From the NCBI GenBank assembly GCA_951406725.2, contig OX597819.1:135160001-135224000 (forward strand): a stretch of 64,000 nucleotides of DNA, read 5' to 3'. Positions 45,570 through 59,289 of this stretch are shown here, in pieces. The notes below the pieces were generated by a model. It worked only from the letters and a program-made list of their open reading frames with translations. It was not told where the DNA came from and ran no database searches. Source of the DNA: Octopus vulgaris. Its lineage: Eukaryota. Every line of letters starts with the position of its first letter. Positions within the stretch are counted from its first letter, which is position 1. The position numbers and the translations under genes are program-made.

Positions 45570-45968
45570 GGTGACTTGCTGTGCTTGAGGAGACCTATTG
45601 AGTCAAGTACATCAACATCAAAAAATCAAATGGAAATTGTAGTTGTGATACCTGTGCCAGTGGCACGTAAAAAGCACCATCCGAATGTGGCCGATGCCAG
45701 CGCTGCTTTGACTGGCTTCCGTGCCGGTGGCACATAAAAAGCACCAACTGATCATGGCCGTTGCCAGCCTCCCTTGGCACCTGCGCCGATGGCACTTAAA
45801 AAGCACCCACTACACTCACGGAGTGGTTGGCGTTAGGAAGGGCATCCAGCTGTAGAAACACTGCCAGATCAGACTGGCGCCTGGTGCAGCCTCCTGGCTT
45901 CCCAGACCCCAGTTGAACTGTCCAACCCATGCTAGCATGGAAAACGGACGTTAAACGATGATGATGAT
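45570..45968 (+). mobile_element. RTE 3'-UTR-only copy with (GAT)n tail
   Basis: Closely similar to 49690-50095. Confidence 0.85.
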
Positions 45969-46029
45969 GTATACATAGGAATGAGCTTGTTTCCTCTCTG
46001 TCTGAACCCTCCATTACTCCTGCAACCCG

Positions 46030-49000
46030 TTTCAGCTGACCCCCTCCTAACCTAACATTGGAATATCTATATTTTGCTATTTTGCTACACCGCTTGAATC
46101 TGCATCATTCAATGACCATAATGCTTATGCTTACAACGTTAACACCCGCTACTACCCCCAGTGGGAGCAACAATCTTAACATGCCTGAATACTTGAATGT
46201 TGTCAGGTTGGAAGAGAGAACAGATGAATTATGCTTAACAAACGAACACCATCACAACAACTCTCTTCTTTTCAGGCGCTGATTAACATCCCTCCTCCCC
46301 AAACCTCACCCCACATTCCCTTCCCAGTTTTCATAGTTGGCACTGTCAATGTTGGCACAAAGAAGGGTAGATCTAGCGAGATTGTAGAGATGCTTGAAAG
46401 GAGATGGGTTGATGTATGCTACATACAGGAGGTAAGATGGAGAGGAGCTTCAGCTAGGGTCCTCAGAGGCAAGTTTGTACTTCTGGCAAGGTAACATGGA
46501 TGGTGTAGGGGGTGTAGGCATACTCCTTTCAGAGAAATGGGTGGATAAGGTTATAGAGGTTGTTAGGGTATGTGAAAGAGTGCTTAAGCTTAGGCTAGTC
46601 CTGCAGAATAGCACAGCTACAATTATCTCTGCCTACGCCCCACATGCGGGGCTACCAAATGATCAGAAGGACCACTTTTATGATACCCTTCAACAGGCTA
46701 CCGCAAAGACGAGTGGCAATGACCTCATCTTTGTGACAAGAGACTTTAATGGGCATGTCGAGTGGGAAGCAGGTATCTTCACTGGGGTACACGGTGGCCA
46801 TGGTATTGGCTTCCGAAACGATGAGGGAACTATGCTACTGGAGTTCTGTGATGCATATAACCTTTTAATCTGTAACACTAACTTCAGGAAACCAGACAGC
46901 CACCTTATAACCTATCAATCGGGGGACTCTGCTAGCCAGATTGATTTCATCCTCACCAGACAGTGGGACACAGGGTTGCTCTTAAATACAAAGACTCTCC
47001 CTGGTGAAGAATGTAACCCCCCCCCCCAGCGTAGGATAGTCATTAGTGACTTTAGTCTTGCGGCCAGAACAATACCTAGAAGCAGACCAATCAAAAAAGA
47101 AGGATTTGGAAGCTAAAGAACCCTTCACATGGTTAGAGATTTAGAGACATACTCATCAAAAAATTGGAGGAGAGGGTGGAGGAGCTACAGACATCGGACA
47201 TAGAAGGTAACTGGAAATTCCTACGGGACAGCTTGCTGAGTGCCACAAACCTAGTTTGTGCTGGTGCAAAGCCCCTTTCAGACCTAGAGTTACGTGATGG
47301 TGGAATAGTACGGTAGACAAAACCGTTAGGGCAAAGAAACAGGCCTGGAAAGCCTGGAAGGATGGGGGTAGCAGGGAACAGTACCAGATATCCAGAAGAG
47401 AGGCTGGGTGGCAGGTATACATAGCCAAGAGCGAAGCGGAAAAGAACAAGTTTGCCAATGTCCAGTGACGTGATGACCAAAGAACTGAGGTGTTTAAGAT
47501 AGCAAGACAGTGTGTGAGAGAAAATTGTGATGTCACAGGAGAGAAATGTGTCCGAATGGATGATGGTGCACTTGCATTTAATGATTCTGCAAAGAAAGAG
47601 GTGTGGAAATGCCATTATGACAGACTGCTGAATGTGGAGAATGGATGGGAAGAGAAGAATCTGCCAAATGTTGACCCAATTGATGGACTGGCTACACGAA
47701 TCAACAGTTCCTTGGTAGATAAAGCAATTGAAGATATGAAAACTGAGAAAGCCCCGGCCCATCAGGAATCACCACTGAGGTGCTTAAAATACCTGGCAGT
47801 GTGAGTTATGGTCTAGTCACCCGTACTGTAAACCAGGTAGTTCATGATGGAGTCATTCCCAATGACTGGCATTGCAGCACCATAGTCAACTGCTACAAAG
47901 GTAAAGGTGATGCTCTAGATAGAAATAACTACAGGGATATCAAACTGTTGGATCAGATGATGAAGGTCACGGAAAGGGTCATAGCCGAACTAATTAGGGA
48001 GAGAGTCTGCTTAGATGAGATGCAGTTCGGTTTTGTGCCAGGTACAAGCACCATTGATGCTATATTCCTGGTACAGAAAGTGCAGGAGAAACACCTAGCC
48101 AAAGATAAAACCCCTATACTTGGCTTTTGTGGACTTAGAGAAAGCCTTTGACAGGGTCCCCCAATCCCTTATCTAGTAGGAGATGCGGAAACTGGGGATT
48201 GACGAATGGTTAATAAGGGCTGTACAGGCCCCTTACAGAGAGGCTGTTAGTAAGGTTAGGGTTGGCAATGAGTACAGTGAAGAATTCCGGGAAGTAGTTG
48301 GCGTCCACCATGGCTCAGCCCTCAGTCCCCTTTTATTCATCATAGTCCTCCAGGCAATAACAGAAGAATTCAAGACGGGTTGCCCCTGGGAGCTCCTCTA
48401 TGCTGATGACCTAGCCGTTGTAGCAGAATCACTACCGGAACTATAGAATAAATTTCAGGTGTGGAAGCTAGGTTTAGAATCAAAAGGCCATAGAGTCAAT
48501 GTAGCAAAGACCAAAGTTCTAGTAAGTAGGAAGGCAAACTCACCATACACACCCTTAGGTAGGTGGCCCTGCTCGATCTGTAGAAAAGGTCTAGGCAAAG
48601 TTTAGAAAGCTTCTTCCCCTGCTGGCGACAAAGGGTCTCTCGCCCAGAGTGAAAGGTAGATTGTATGACGTATGTGTGCAAACTGCCATGCTCCACGGCA
48701 GTGAAACATAGGCTGTGACTGCGGAGGACATACGTAGACTTGAAAGAAATGAAGCTAGCATGATCCACGATGTGTAATGTCAGTGTCCATGCACGACATA
48801 GTGTAAGCGCCCCGAGAGAAATGTTGGACATAAGAAGCATTGGAAGCGACGTGCAGGAGAGACATTTGCGTTGGTATGGCCATGTACTACAGATGGATGA
48901 GGAGAGATGTGTGAAGAAGTGCCACTCCCAAACTGTTGAAGGAATCTGGGGTAGAGGTAGACCCAGGAAGATAGGGGATGAGGTGGTCAAGCGTGACCTT

Positions 49001-49360
49001 TGTACATTGGGCCTCACAGAGGCTATGACGAATGACCGAGACCTCTGGAGATATGTTGTGACTGTCAAGACCCAACAAATGAAGTAAGTTCATGGCTTGC
49101 AGGACGGCCTGCTGTGCTAACCTTAGATCGTATAAGTGACCTGCTGTTCGTGAGGAGACCTATTGAGTCAAGTACGTCAATACCAACATCAAAATAAAGA
49201 TCAAATAGAAATTATAGTTAAGATACCCGTATCGGTAGCACATAAAAACAGCTTCCAAACGTGGCTGATTCCAGTGCTGCCTGACTAGCGACCGTATCGG
49301 TGACACGTAAAATACACCAACCGATCGTGGCCGTTTGCCAACCTCCTCTGGCCCTTGTAC
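46030..49360 (+). mobile_element. Near full-length decayed RTE LINE (APE + RT; most of the PHD region deleted at ~48590)
   Basis: GTVNVGT, IQEVRW, DFNGHV, SQIDFIL, NYRDIKLL, LLYADDL, WYGHV; several stops and frameshifts. Confidence 0.93.
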
Positions 49361-49364
49361 CTCT

Positions 49365-50091
49365 GCGCTGGTATGGTCATGTACTACGGTTGGATGAGGA
49401 GAGATGTGTGAAGAAGTGCCACTCCTAAACAGTTGAAGGAATCCGGGGTAGAGGTAGACCTAGGAAGACATGGGATAAGGTGGTCAAGCATGACCTTCGA
49501 ACGTTGGGCCTCACAGAAGCAATGACGGAAAACCGAGACCTCTGGAAATATGCTGTAACTACGAAGACCCGAGAAATAATGTGAGTTCATGGCTGTTTCC
49601 TGCACCAGCTTCACATAGAAGCCCCAGCTCATCCAAAGTGTCTTGGATCACAGGACGGCCTGCTGTGCTTACCTTGGATCATAAGGCGACCTGCTGTGCT
49701 TGAGGAGACCTATTGAGTCAAGTACATTAACATCAAAAAATCAAATAGAAATTGTAGATGTGATACCTGTGCCAGTGGCATGTAAAAAGCACCACCCGAA
49801 CGTGGCCGATGCCAGCGCCGCCTTGACCGGCTTCCGTGCCGGTAGCACGTTAAAAGCACCAACCAATCATGGCCGTTGCCAGCCTCCACTGGCACCTGTA
49901 CTGGTGGCATGTAAAAAGCACCCACTACACTCACGGAGTGGTTGGCGTTAGGGAGGGCATCCAGCTGTAGAAACACTGCCGGATCAGAATGGAGCCTGGT
50001 GCAGCCTCCTGGCTTCCCAGACCCCAGTCGAACTGTCCAACCCATGCTAGCATGGAAAACGGACGTTAAACGATGATGATGATGATGATGA

Positions 50092-50095
<4 letters not shown>
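49365..50095 (+). mobile_element. Second RTE 3' fragment with 3' UTR and (GAT)n tail
   Basis: Repeats the WYGHV...GRPRKTW end, then the UTR and tail. Confidence 0.88.
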
Positions 50096-50134
<39 letters not shown>

Positions 50135-50136
<2 letters not shown>

Positions 50137-53100
50137 AAGGAATTACAACCGTGTTTCGTGGTCTGCTACCACAACAGCTCATTTATAGGATCCACTTAGC
50201 TCAAGACACCATCAGGAGGAATCACGTCCGGTTTCGGCCCCTACTCCTCTACCGTTTTGACGTGCCCCCCCCCCCCTTTCGGAGGTGTCTTCAGCTCTGG
50301 TGTTGGGTGTATGTCTTCTTCGATGTATCGTCAGCGAGTGTCAGCCGGTGACTGACTGTCTTATCAAATTTTTCTCTTTAAATACTTGCCGCATAGACTC
50401 CAGCAAGCAGCCCCAGCAGGTTGTCACGTGACACTGTCTCACCTTAACTGACTAGTGAAGGCGCGTAGTTTTAGCCCACGCATTCTCTAAACGACCGTCA
50501 CCTGTCAGTCAGCTTGTCTCACCTAATGATGTTATTTCCCGTCGGCGTGTTTATGACTTTCAAGCCATTTTCGGTCTTCCCGCTTCAGCCATATATAGAA
50601 GCTGGCTTTTTCGACCGCCTCCTGTACTCTCCTTATTAGTTTACGCAGCTCGGGGCTAGAAAAAACAAATCTTCTTTTGAAAAGTGTTGTCATTTTCCTT
50701 TCAATGAAACCTCTAGTCCCCACTGTCAGGTGATAATATTCGACATTCCATCCCTGTTCTCTGCATTCTTCGATTAGCTTTTCGTACCTCTTCTCCTTTC
50801 GTTCCTCTGCATTGCCGATGTTCTCTTCCCAAGGTACTGTCAGTTCTAGTAAAATTCCCATTCTCCGGTCTCTGTTCCATAGGACTAAATCCGGTCTTTT
50901 TGTTGTTTTTATTAGTGGAAATATTACTTGTCTTTCCAAGTCCGTGGCCACCTCCCAGTATCCCTTCCATCTTTCGTCCATCTCGTATACTTTTCTTGTA
51001 GGCCTGGTTTTATAACCTTTTCCCTCCTTGTGGAAGTATACTCTCCTGCGCTTTTCTACTTTTGGGTATTCTCCCCTATTGTACCTCTCGATCTTATCCT
51101 TGAGTGCTGTGCTTATGACGCCGAGGACTTGATTATGCCGCCATGTATCTTTCAAGTGCTAGTCTGCAACCTGACAGAACATGTCTAACCGTTGCTTTCT
51201 CTTCGCATCTACACTCGTCGGTTGTTTTTATGTTCCACCGGATTAAGTTCACCGGTGAGGGTAGAACGTCGAAAGTAGACTTGATCAGGAAGGATGTTCT
51301 TGCTTGTTCCCAAGCCCAAAGTTCCTTCCATGATATTCTGCGGTTGATCACATATTCCTCCCATCTCAGGCACTGTCCCTGTTGACTGCATTGCACCAAA
51401 TGTACATTTCGCCTTTCTTCTTCCTCCTTTCTCACTTCGTATACCACTGCCTCTTTCATCTCTTTTACACTGCTCTTGCAAAATGGCCTGAAGTTTTGCG
51501 ACCCTAGGCCGGTTCTAGCTTCTTGCGTCGCTCCGACTATATCTGCGTGCCTTAGTTTTCCGATCGCCCTGTTTACTGCCTCTTCCGCCTTCCATTTCCT
51601 CCCAGTTCGTACCTTTGGAGGGTTTTCCCGGATGCTCTGATCTTTTGAATACCTTAGCATCATTTCTGTCCTTGCCTTCGGCGATTGATGTTATTGGTAG
51701 TTGCAGCACGGGTTTTCCATATAGTGCAGTTGTATTCAGTGGTTTCGGCAGACCAAGCCATTTTCTGATAAACACACTGCCTCTTTGCTCCATCCTTTCT
51801 ACTATACTCGAGGCTATTTCGTACATTTGCAATGGCCACATTATTCTTGGGTACAGCCCAAATTGCAGTATCCAACATTTGAATTTTCCCGGCAGCGTTG
51901 TTCTGTCTTTAATCTGCCTTTAATCCTTGTTCTATTAACTCGTGCGTTTCTTTCCCTTGCTTCTTATCATTTAATAAATCTCTATACCATCTGCCGAGAC
52001 TCTTTACTGGTTGTTCTTTCACCGTTGGTATGTCTTCACTTCCTATCCTAAATTTCACTTCCCCTTGCCTTCCTTTCACGAAAGCCACGCTTCGAGATTT
52101 TTTGGCTTTGAATTTCATCCTTGCCCATCCTATCAGTTCGTCCAACCGCTCTAATGTTCCCTCTGCTGCTTCTCTACTTTCCGATAATATAGTTACATCG
52201 TCCATAAAAGCCCTTAATGGTGTCTTTGTAGCAGCTTTCTCACAGTTTGTAGATCTGAGTAGCATTTCCATGACTAGCACGAATAAGAAGACTGATATCG
52301 TGCATCCGGCTGCAATACCTATTTCAAGCTGTTGCCACTCCGTTGTGAACTTTCCTGCTGTAAATCTCATCCTCAGGTTGTCGTAGTATGACATGAGCAT
52401 TCGTTGAACATCTTTTGGAATCCAAAAGAAGTCCATCGCTGTCTTTATTATTGCGTGCGGAACAGATCCATAGGCATTGGCAAGATCTAGCCAAACAATA
52501 CACAGGTTTGTCTTCTTTTGTTTTGCACAGGTGATGGCTTCCCAGATGGAAAATGCGTGTTCTATGCACCCAGGGATTCCTGCTTTTTGAATATCCGTTA
52601 TGCTGTACGAATCTTATAATTCGTCTAGCAATTATTCCGAACATGATTTTCCCGTCTGTATTTAGTAGTGAAATCGGTCTAAATTGGCCTAGTGCTTTTG
52701 CCTCTTTTTCTTTAGGTAGATAGATACCTTCGGCTATACACCATCGCTCCGCTACATCTTTCTTCTTCCACATTTCTCTTATCAGTGCAAACAGCTGCAA
52801 ACGTAATTTTGGGCAATATTTGTATATATTGTAGCTCACTCTATCGTTCCCTGGTGCACTTTTTGCTCTTGCTTTCCTTATGAATTCCTCCATTTCTTTC
52901 CGTTTGATGTCGCTCAAATCAAACGGTACTCTTGGTTCAGGTGGTTTCTTCAGTCCGTGCATTTCTGGGAGAACTTCATTTCTGTCAGAGTCGCTGTATG
53001 TCTCTTTCAGATGTTGTTCGAGCTCTTCTTTCGTGCAATCCAATTTTCCACTTTTACTTTCAGTAAATAGATGTTTCGCATATTGATAGGGATTGTTTAC

Positions 53101-53590
53101 AAAACTACGATAGTTTTTTTCTCTCTCCTTTCTTCTGCTCCTCCTTCTTTGTTTCCTTAGCAGATCTCAATGCTTCTTTTCTTTATTTCTTCATATAGCT
53201 GCTTTAGCCCTTCTCTTTCCTCCTCCTTTGCATCCCTCCACCTGGTTCTGAGTTTTTTCTTCTCTTCTCGAATCTTTGCGACCCGTCTTTCTCTCCTCGA
53301 TGGTCCGCTCTTTGCCGTTGAGTCTACCTTCCCTGTTGTTTCCAGTCCAAATCTTTTCTCTCCCTCCTAGTAGATTGTATTAGCCAGGTTTTCGTCGTCG
53401 CCTTTGAATTTGGTGGTCATTCTTGCTACCTCGTCGTCAAATTTTTTATAACTCGCTGCGTCATTTGCTTTCGGCCACTTAACCTTTGTCTTCTTCACGC
53501 CTATCATTCTTTTTGACTGTTCCAATTCAACTGTGGAATGAACCTCGCTATGGTTCAACGGTCGAAGATGGTTTGTCTGGGATTACTCAT
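50135..53590 (-). mobile_element. HERO/NeSL-like (R2-group) non-LTR retrotransposon with RT and restriction-like endonuclease, frameshifted
   Basis: FRPISLLN, GIAAGCTIS, AFMDDVT, CRC...HVLSGC, WRHNQVL, RPDLVLW...LLELTVPWEE...KRY; the 3' UTR abuts (TA)n. Confidence 0.9.
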
Positions 53591-53644
53591 ATCAGACAGG
53601 TATGTTCGATTTTTAGTGCTCTCAAATCCAAATCAAAAGTAATC

Positions 53645-53708
53645 TTTGAGCTGACGAAGGAAATGTTGATCTTTATATTCAACTAATCCAGAAACGGCCG
53701 TTCTCAGG
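53645..53708 (+). ncRNA. Type I hammerhead ribozyme-like motif with palindromic helix III
   Basis: TTTGAG-CTGACGA(53651)-AGGA..GTTGA/TCAAC..TCCA-GAAA(53691)-CGGCCG-TT-CTCAGG. Confidence 0.75.
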
Positions 53709-53992
53709 TAATCTTATGTACGTGTGATCTTTCGTTATTTTTCCCTCTATACCTGTGCGAGTTATTTTTGAGTATACATTGTCTGGGAGATTTTTCTTAT
53801 AGTAGAAGAAATAGCTAAGATTTTTTGCCTGCTATTTCTAAAAGTTTGGTGTGTGGTAAAGTAAATTATTTTACTGAACCCTAATTGTATAACGTAATGT
53901 TTTAAGTATACCGTAAATGGTCTTTTTACATACTGAACACTACTTGGTAAAATTAATTAATAATTAATTAGTTTTACCCTTTTATTATTGAT

Positions 53993-54099
<107 letters not shown>

Positions 54100-54107
54100 G
54101 TGTGTGT

Positions 54108-54380
54108 AGGCATAAGTGTGGCTGTGTGGTAAGAAGTTCACTTACTGTCCACATGGTTGCAGGTTCAATCCCACTTCATGGCATCTTGGGCAAGTGTCTT
54201 TAACTATAGCCTCAGTCGGGCTATGTAGCTCTCTTTCGTTTTGTATCATAGTTCCCAATTAACCCCTCTACAGGAGCTAGCTTAAAAATAAGTACTGGGG
54301 TTGATTCATTCAGCTAAAAATTCAAGGCTGTGCCCCAACATGGCCACAGTCTAATGACTGAAACAGGTAAAAGATAAAAG
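54108..54380 (+). mobile_element. tRNA-derived SINE with CR1-like tail
   Basis: TGGCTGTGTGGTAAG...GGTTCAATCCC head and CATGGCCACAGTCTAATGACTGAAACA tail. Confidence 0.82.
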
Positions 54381-54469
54381 ATATATATATATATATAAAC
54401 TACTGAATTTCTTTAGCCAGTACCCTTGGAGTAAATCTGGTCCTGGACCCTTCCAATTCGGCATTTTTC

Positions 54470-55700
54470 CGAACACTTTACTCATTAATAAACTAGTTAA
54501 ACTTAGATCTGGCTTAGATCACTAACTACTTCTCTCACTTTCTTTAACCATACTGCATCTCCATTATGATTGACTGATTTCTCCCAAATATTACTCCAGA
54601 ATTTTTTAGCTTCTTCTGCATTAAATTTCTCATCTTCAGTACTTCATTCTCCACTATTTATTTGGTTATAAAATCTCCACTGGTCTGTCTCAAGTAATCT
54701 ATTCTGTTGATACTGATCTATTCTTTTCTGATATCTCGAGAGCTTGCCTGATACTGCTATGATATACTGTTTCAACTCCTCTATTATTGTTCGAAATCCT
54801 TTCTCTTTGACTAAATACCTTTTCTTGAGGGAAGATTTGCATCTTGTGTTTCCTAACTTGTTCAGTTTCCAAGCATCTATTCTACTCAGAATATCTTCCT
54901 CACTTTTTTTGTAGGCTCCATTTCCACATTTGTGGAATATCTAATCTTCTGGTGACTACTATCCCTCATGCATAAATCAATAAGTTAGTGTTTCCTATAT
55001 TTTTTAGTATATATCCTCCTTATGACAGAATCTACTTTCCTAGTCATATCTAGCATCTTCCTTCTGTTGGCACATTTTAATACTGACAATCTTTTTCTTA
55101 CTTATTTACTCATTATTTCCTGCAACTCATCTAAAATCTTCTCATCTTCCTCACTTAAATCACTTAAGTCGTTGGTGCCAGTTGTCCCTTCTTTATTGGT
55201 AGCGCCATTATTTTTTCCTTTAAGTTCTTCTTTGGGTTGAGATGTATCTCTTATGTTGTTGTGTGTCTTTCCCACTGCCTGGTCTTTCTTCTCCAGTTCT
55301 CTTGTGATCTCTTCTACCTCCAATTCTGTCATCCAGTTTCTTCTAATAGTATTAGCTTCATCAACTAATCTCTGCTCAGTCACTTTAAACATACCCGTCT
55401 CTACTCAAAGTGTTAACATCCGTTTTCTACAGCCCCTTCTTTTAGGTTCACTTTCTAAGTAGCACTGCATCACTATCCTCTTTCCTTCGCTGATCCGCTT
55501 CCTCTTCCTTGCTCTATTATTTGCTGATGCTGTATTAGGATAACAGCTGTGGTCACTCTGCATCTTTACTGATCCACTGCTGAGTGATAGGATTTCCCTA
55601 AAAGGTCCGGCTTCATTTTTGCTGTTACAACCAGAGTTTTCGGAAACTCCTGTCTCTCATAACCTGAGGTAAGGTAACATTTGTCACCAATGTTGTCACC
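54470..55700 (-). mobile_element. Decayed N-terminal fragment of an R4/Dong-like non-LTR element
   Basis: TEQRLVDEANTIRRNWMTELEVEEI and downstream remnants resemble R4/Dong N-terminal regions. Confidence 0.6.
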
Positions 55701-55892
55701 ACCATTATTTTTCAACATCTGAAAGTTTCAATCAACTTTCTATTGTATCATTTGTTGCACCTTTATACTGGTGGGGTGCAGTGTGCTGAATTTTTATATT
55801 AATATTATTATTATTATTACTTCTTTTTTTTCTTCTTTCTTCAAATTTTCTTCCCTTTCTCACTGAGTGTTTTCCATACAATAATTAATATA

Positions 55893-55937
<45 letters not shown>

Positions 55938-55938
<1 letters not shown>

Positions 55939-57774
55939 GCTCTCTTTGGGTATTTGCCATTGAGAGGTTTTTCTTGCCATTTATCATTCAGAATATCTAA
56001 GGCAGCAGTTTTAACACAGGTTTTCATGCACTTAGCTTTTTCTGTGCTTGTTTCTTGTATGTCTAATTCTGAAATTTGTTGTATTTGGAATTCACTTAGA
56101 TATTCCTTTGCCTGTTTTGTTACTGAATATGATGCTTTCTTGTTTTCATGTTTTGAGACAAGTTTTAACATCCAGTCCTCAGAGTTTTTCAGGTAGGTGT
56201 CTAGGCCAATTGTGGCAATCTTTATTGTTATTGCCAGTTGTAAAAGTCCATGGCCTCCCTCTTTGCTTGGCAGATAAAGTCGTTCTATATCTGCCTTAGG
56301 GTGGTGCATTCTATGCATTGTCAACAGTTTTCGTATTTTTCTGTCAAGATTACATATTTCAGTAATTGACCAGTTAACGATGTTGAAACTGTAAGCCACG
56401 ACTGGTATGGCTAAAGCATTGATTGCTTCGATCCTGTTTCTCGCATTTAGCTCTGTCTTGAGTATTGCTCTTACTCTGCAATAACATTCTCTCCTGATCC
56501 TTTCCTTCATCACTGAATGCCTTATTCCGTCCCCTTCAATTACCCCTAGGTACTTGTAGCTCTCCACTGGGTCTAATTCTTTTATGACATTCTGCTGGTC
56601 AAGGTTAACGTTAGATGTTTCTGTCATTTTTCCTTTGATAAAGGTAGCTTTTGCACATTTATCGAGGCCAAATTGCATTCTGATGTCATCACTGAATTGT
56701 TTAACAATCGCTAGTAAGCCCTTGAGTTGTTGGTCATTTTTTGTAAAGAGCTTTAAATCATCCATGTAAATGAGATGATTTATATTTTTATCAAACATTT
56801 TATATCCGTACTGTGCGTCATTTAGCAATTTTGAGAGAGGTATTAAGGCTAAACAAAAGAGGAGTGGTGATAGTGAGTCACCCTGGAAAATGCTACATGA
56901 AATTTTTACATCTCCAGCATTTAGAGATTCATTGTCACTGTTCAAAGTTAGTGTGGTTCACCATGATCTCATACTTACAGACAAAAAGTTTCACAGAGTA
57001 GGCACTATTTTATACATTTCCAGGCATTTCTTAATCCAGCTATGTGGTAGGCTATCAAAAGCTTTTTTATAGTTTATCCAGGCAATTGACAAGTTTTTGT
57101 GTCGTTTGTGACAATCTTCTAAGATCATCCTATTGATGAGTAGCTGATCTTTACAACCATAGAATCCACATTTACATCCTTTTTGTTCATTAGGGAATAT
57201 GCTGCTTTCTATTAAAAAATTATAGGTATGTTCAGTCAGGACAGATGTTAGCATTTTATACATTGTTGTTAAGCAGGTTATGGGTCTATAGTTTTTTGGT
57301 TCATTTGTTTCTTCACTTTATGGAAGCAGGAATGTTAAACCATTAACTAGCCAAGGAGGCATCCTACTATGGTGTTGCAAAACATCATTGTAAAGTTCTG
57401 TTAGCAGTTTGTGGCTCTCTGGGAAGGCATTCAACCAGAAGTCAGGAATTTTATCCTTTCCTGGAGACTTCCATTTGCTTGACCTCCTGAGGGCAGATCT
57501 TATATCTTCTATGTTGACACCCTCCCACTTTTGCTCCTCTAAGGAGTCCAAGTCTGTAGATATTCTATCAATCCAAGGGGCCTTTTTGTTGTGTGTTTTT
57601 TCTTCTGCCCAAATTTTATTCCCAAAACCCTGCACTTCTTCTTTTGATGGTACAGACTTTACAGTAACTGGTGTTTTCCCTATCTTCCTGTAAAAATTTT
57701 TGGGGTTATTTTTGAACATGTTGTTGTCCTTGAAGAATCTAACACGCTTTTCATACCTTGCTATGCGGGCAGCT
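55938..57774 (-). mobile_element. R4/Dong-like non-LTR RT fragment between (ATT)n and (CTT)n/(ATT)n microsatellites
   Basis: WKSPGKD, YRPITCL, YKKAFDSLPH, IFQGDSLSPLLFC, LIYMDDLKLF, YKYLG, RLYLPSKEGGHGL. Confidence 0.9.
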
Positions 57775-57813
57775 CTTCTTCTTCTTCTTCTTCTTCTTCT
57801 TCTTCTTCTTCTT

Positions 57814-57844
<31 letters not shown>

Positions 57845-58489
57845 TTCTTCTTATTATTCTTATTATTATTATTATTATTATTATTATCATTGAGGAGCAA
57901 TTTGGCAAAAAAAGTCTGCTAGACAAAATGTTTAATGGTGTTTCATCTGTCTTTACTTTCTGTGCTCAAATTCCACACTGGTTGAGTTTATCTTTTATCC
58001 TTTCACGGTCAATAAAATAAGTACCAGTTGCAAACTGGGGTCAATATGATTGACTCACCTTCCCCCAAAATTGTGGGGTCTTTTGCCAAAATTTGAAATC
58101 AATACTTCTGTCCCTTGTCAAAATTATAATATCACTATGTATATAAATATTAATTCTTATTTATTTCAGGCTGCAAACTGCTGGAGGTATTTCTTTTTGG
58201 AATTCTATAAATTGTGGCCGGAACAATCAGGAACAAAAGAATGGATTGGGATCTTGTACACTGTTGTCTGCTGAAATACTCTCCATCAATCCAAAACAAG
58301 GTTTATCTCTTGAAGTAAACCACTGTTTGCCTTTTCTTTAGATCACCTTTGCCTGAAATTAATATAACTACATTTATATTATGATGTAGTTGTGGTGGAA
58401 GAACACAAAAGTTTTTATAAACACAGAAAAAGAAGAAAAAACTGAACAAGTTAAAAACTAACCTCTCACTTCAATTCTCCCATTTTATT

Positions 58490-58529
<40 letters not shown>

Positions 58530-58744
58530 TGTGTTTATATATATATATCTATAAATAGTAATATATAAATATATTATACACACACACACACACACAAATG
58601 TACATATATACATATACATATATATATCTAATTAGAGGACATGTTAACCTTGTGAAGGGATGGTTGCATCCAAGGAAATACTGGTTCAATACCTAGTATT
58701 TGGGGGGAATGAAATTCCCTTAAAACAACAGGTATATCTTAAGC

Positions 58745-59185
58745 ATATAGTTTATATCCATTTAAAAGGAGAAAAGAAAATGGAGATAAGGAAGTTAATA
58801 ATTGTTTATTACTAACAACAAATTAGTCATCTTCGCTTCAATTAATACACAATAATTTAATTACAAATCTGTATATTAAATTTACATTTATGTGACATGA
58901 GTATAATTTCATCAGAGAAAAAAAAGATGTATCTTGAGATGTTATGGTTTAATCTGCTGAAGTGAATTGACAGGTCTACATGTAACATCCCAAGGTACAT
59001 CTTTTTCCTCTCTGATGAAATTATGATCATCTCACACAAATGTAAATTTAATGTACAGATTTGTAATTAAATTATTGAGTATTAATTGAAAGAGATGTAA
59101 GAAGCAAAGATGACTAATTTGCTAGTTAACTTCCTTATCTCCATTTTCTTTTTCTTTTCTTCTTTTAAATGAATATAAACTATAT
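58745..59185. repeat. Long imperfect fold-back inverted repeat (~200 bp arms)
   Basis: GAAAATGGAGATAAGGAAGTTAA...AATTTCATCAGAGA is mirrored by TCTCTGATGAAATT...TTAACTTCCTTATCTCCATTTTC. Confidence 0.9.
58998..59112 (+). ncRNA. Degenerate type I hammerhead-like motif with extended helix II
   Basis: CATCTTTTTCCTCT-CTGATGA(59012)-AATTA...TAATT-GAAA(59088)-GAGATG-TA-AGAAGCAAAGATG. Confidence 0.55.
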
Positions 59186-59250
59186 ACTATATATATAATT
59201 ACATATATATATTTATAATCACATACATATCTCTCTCTCTATATATAAGC

Positions 59251-59289
<39 letters not shown>

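Noticed and set aside
58170-58352. Possible exon in unique sequence with acceptor-like ends on both strands
   Set aside because: Minus frames close quickly and plus frames give no recognisable protein.
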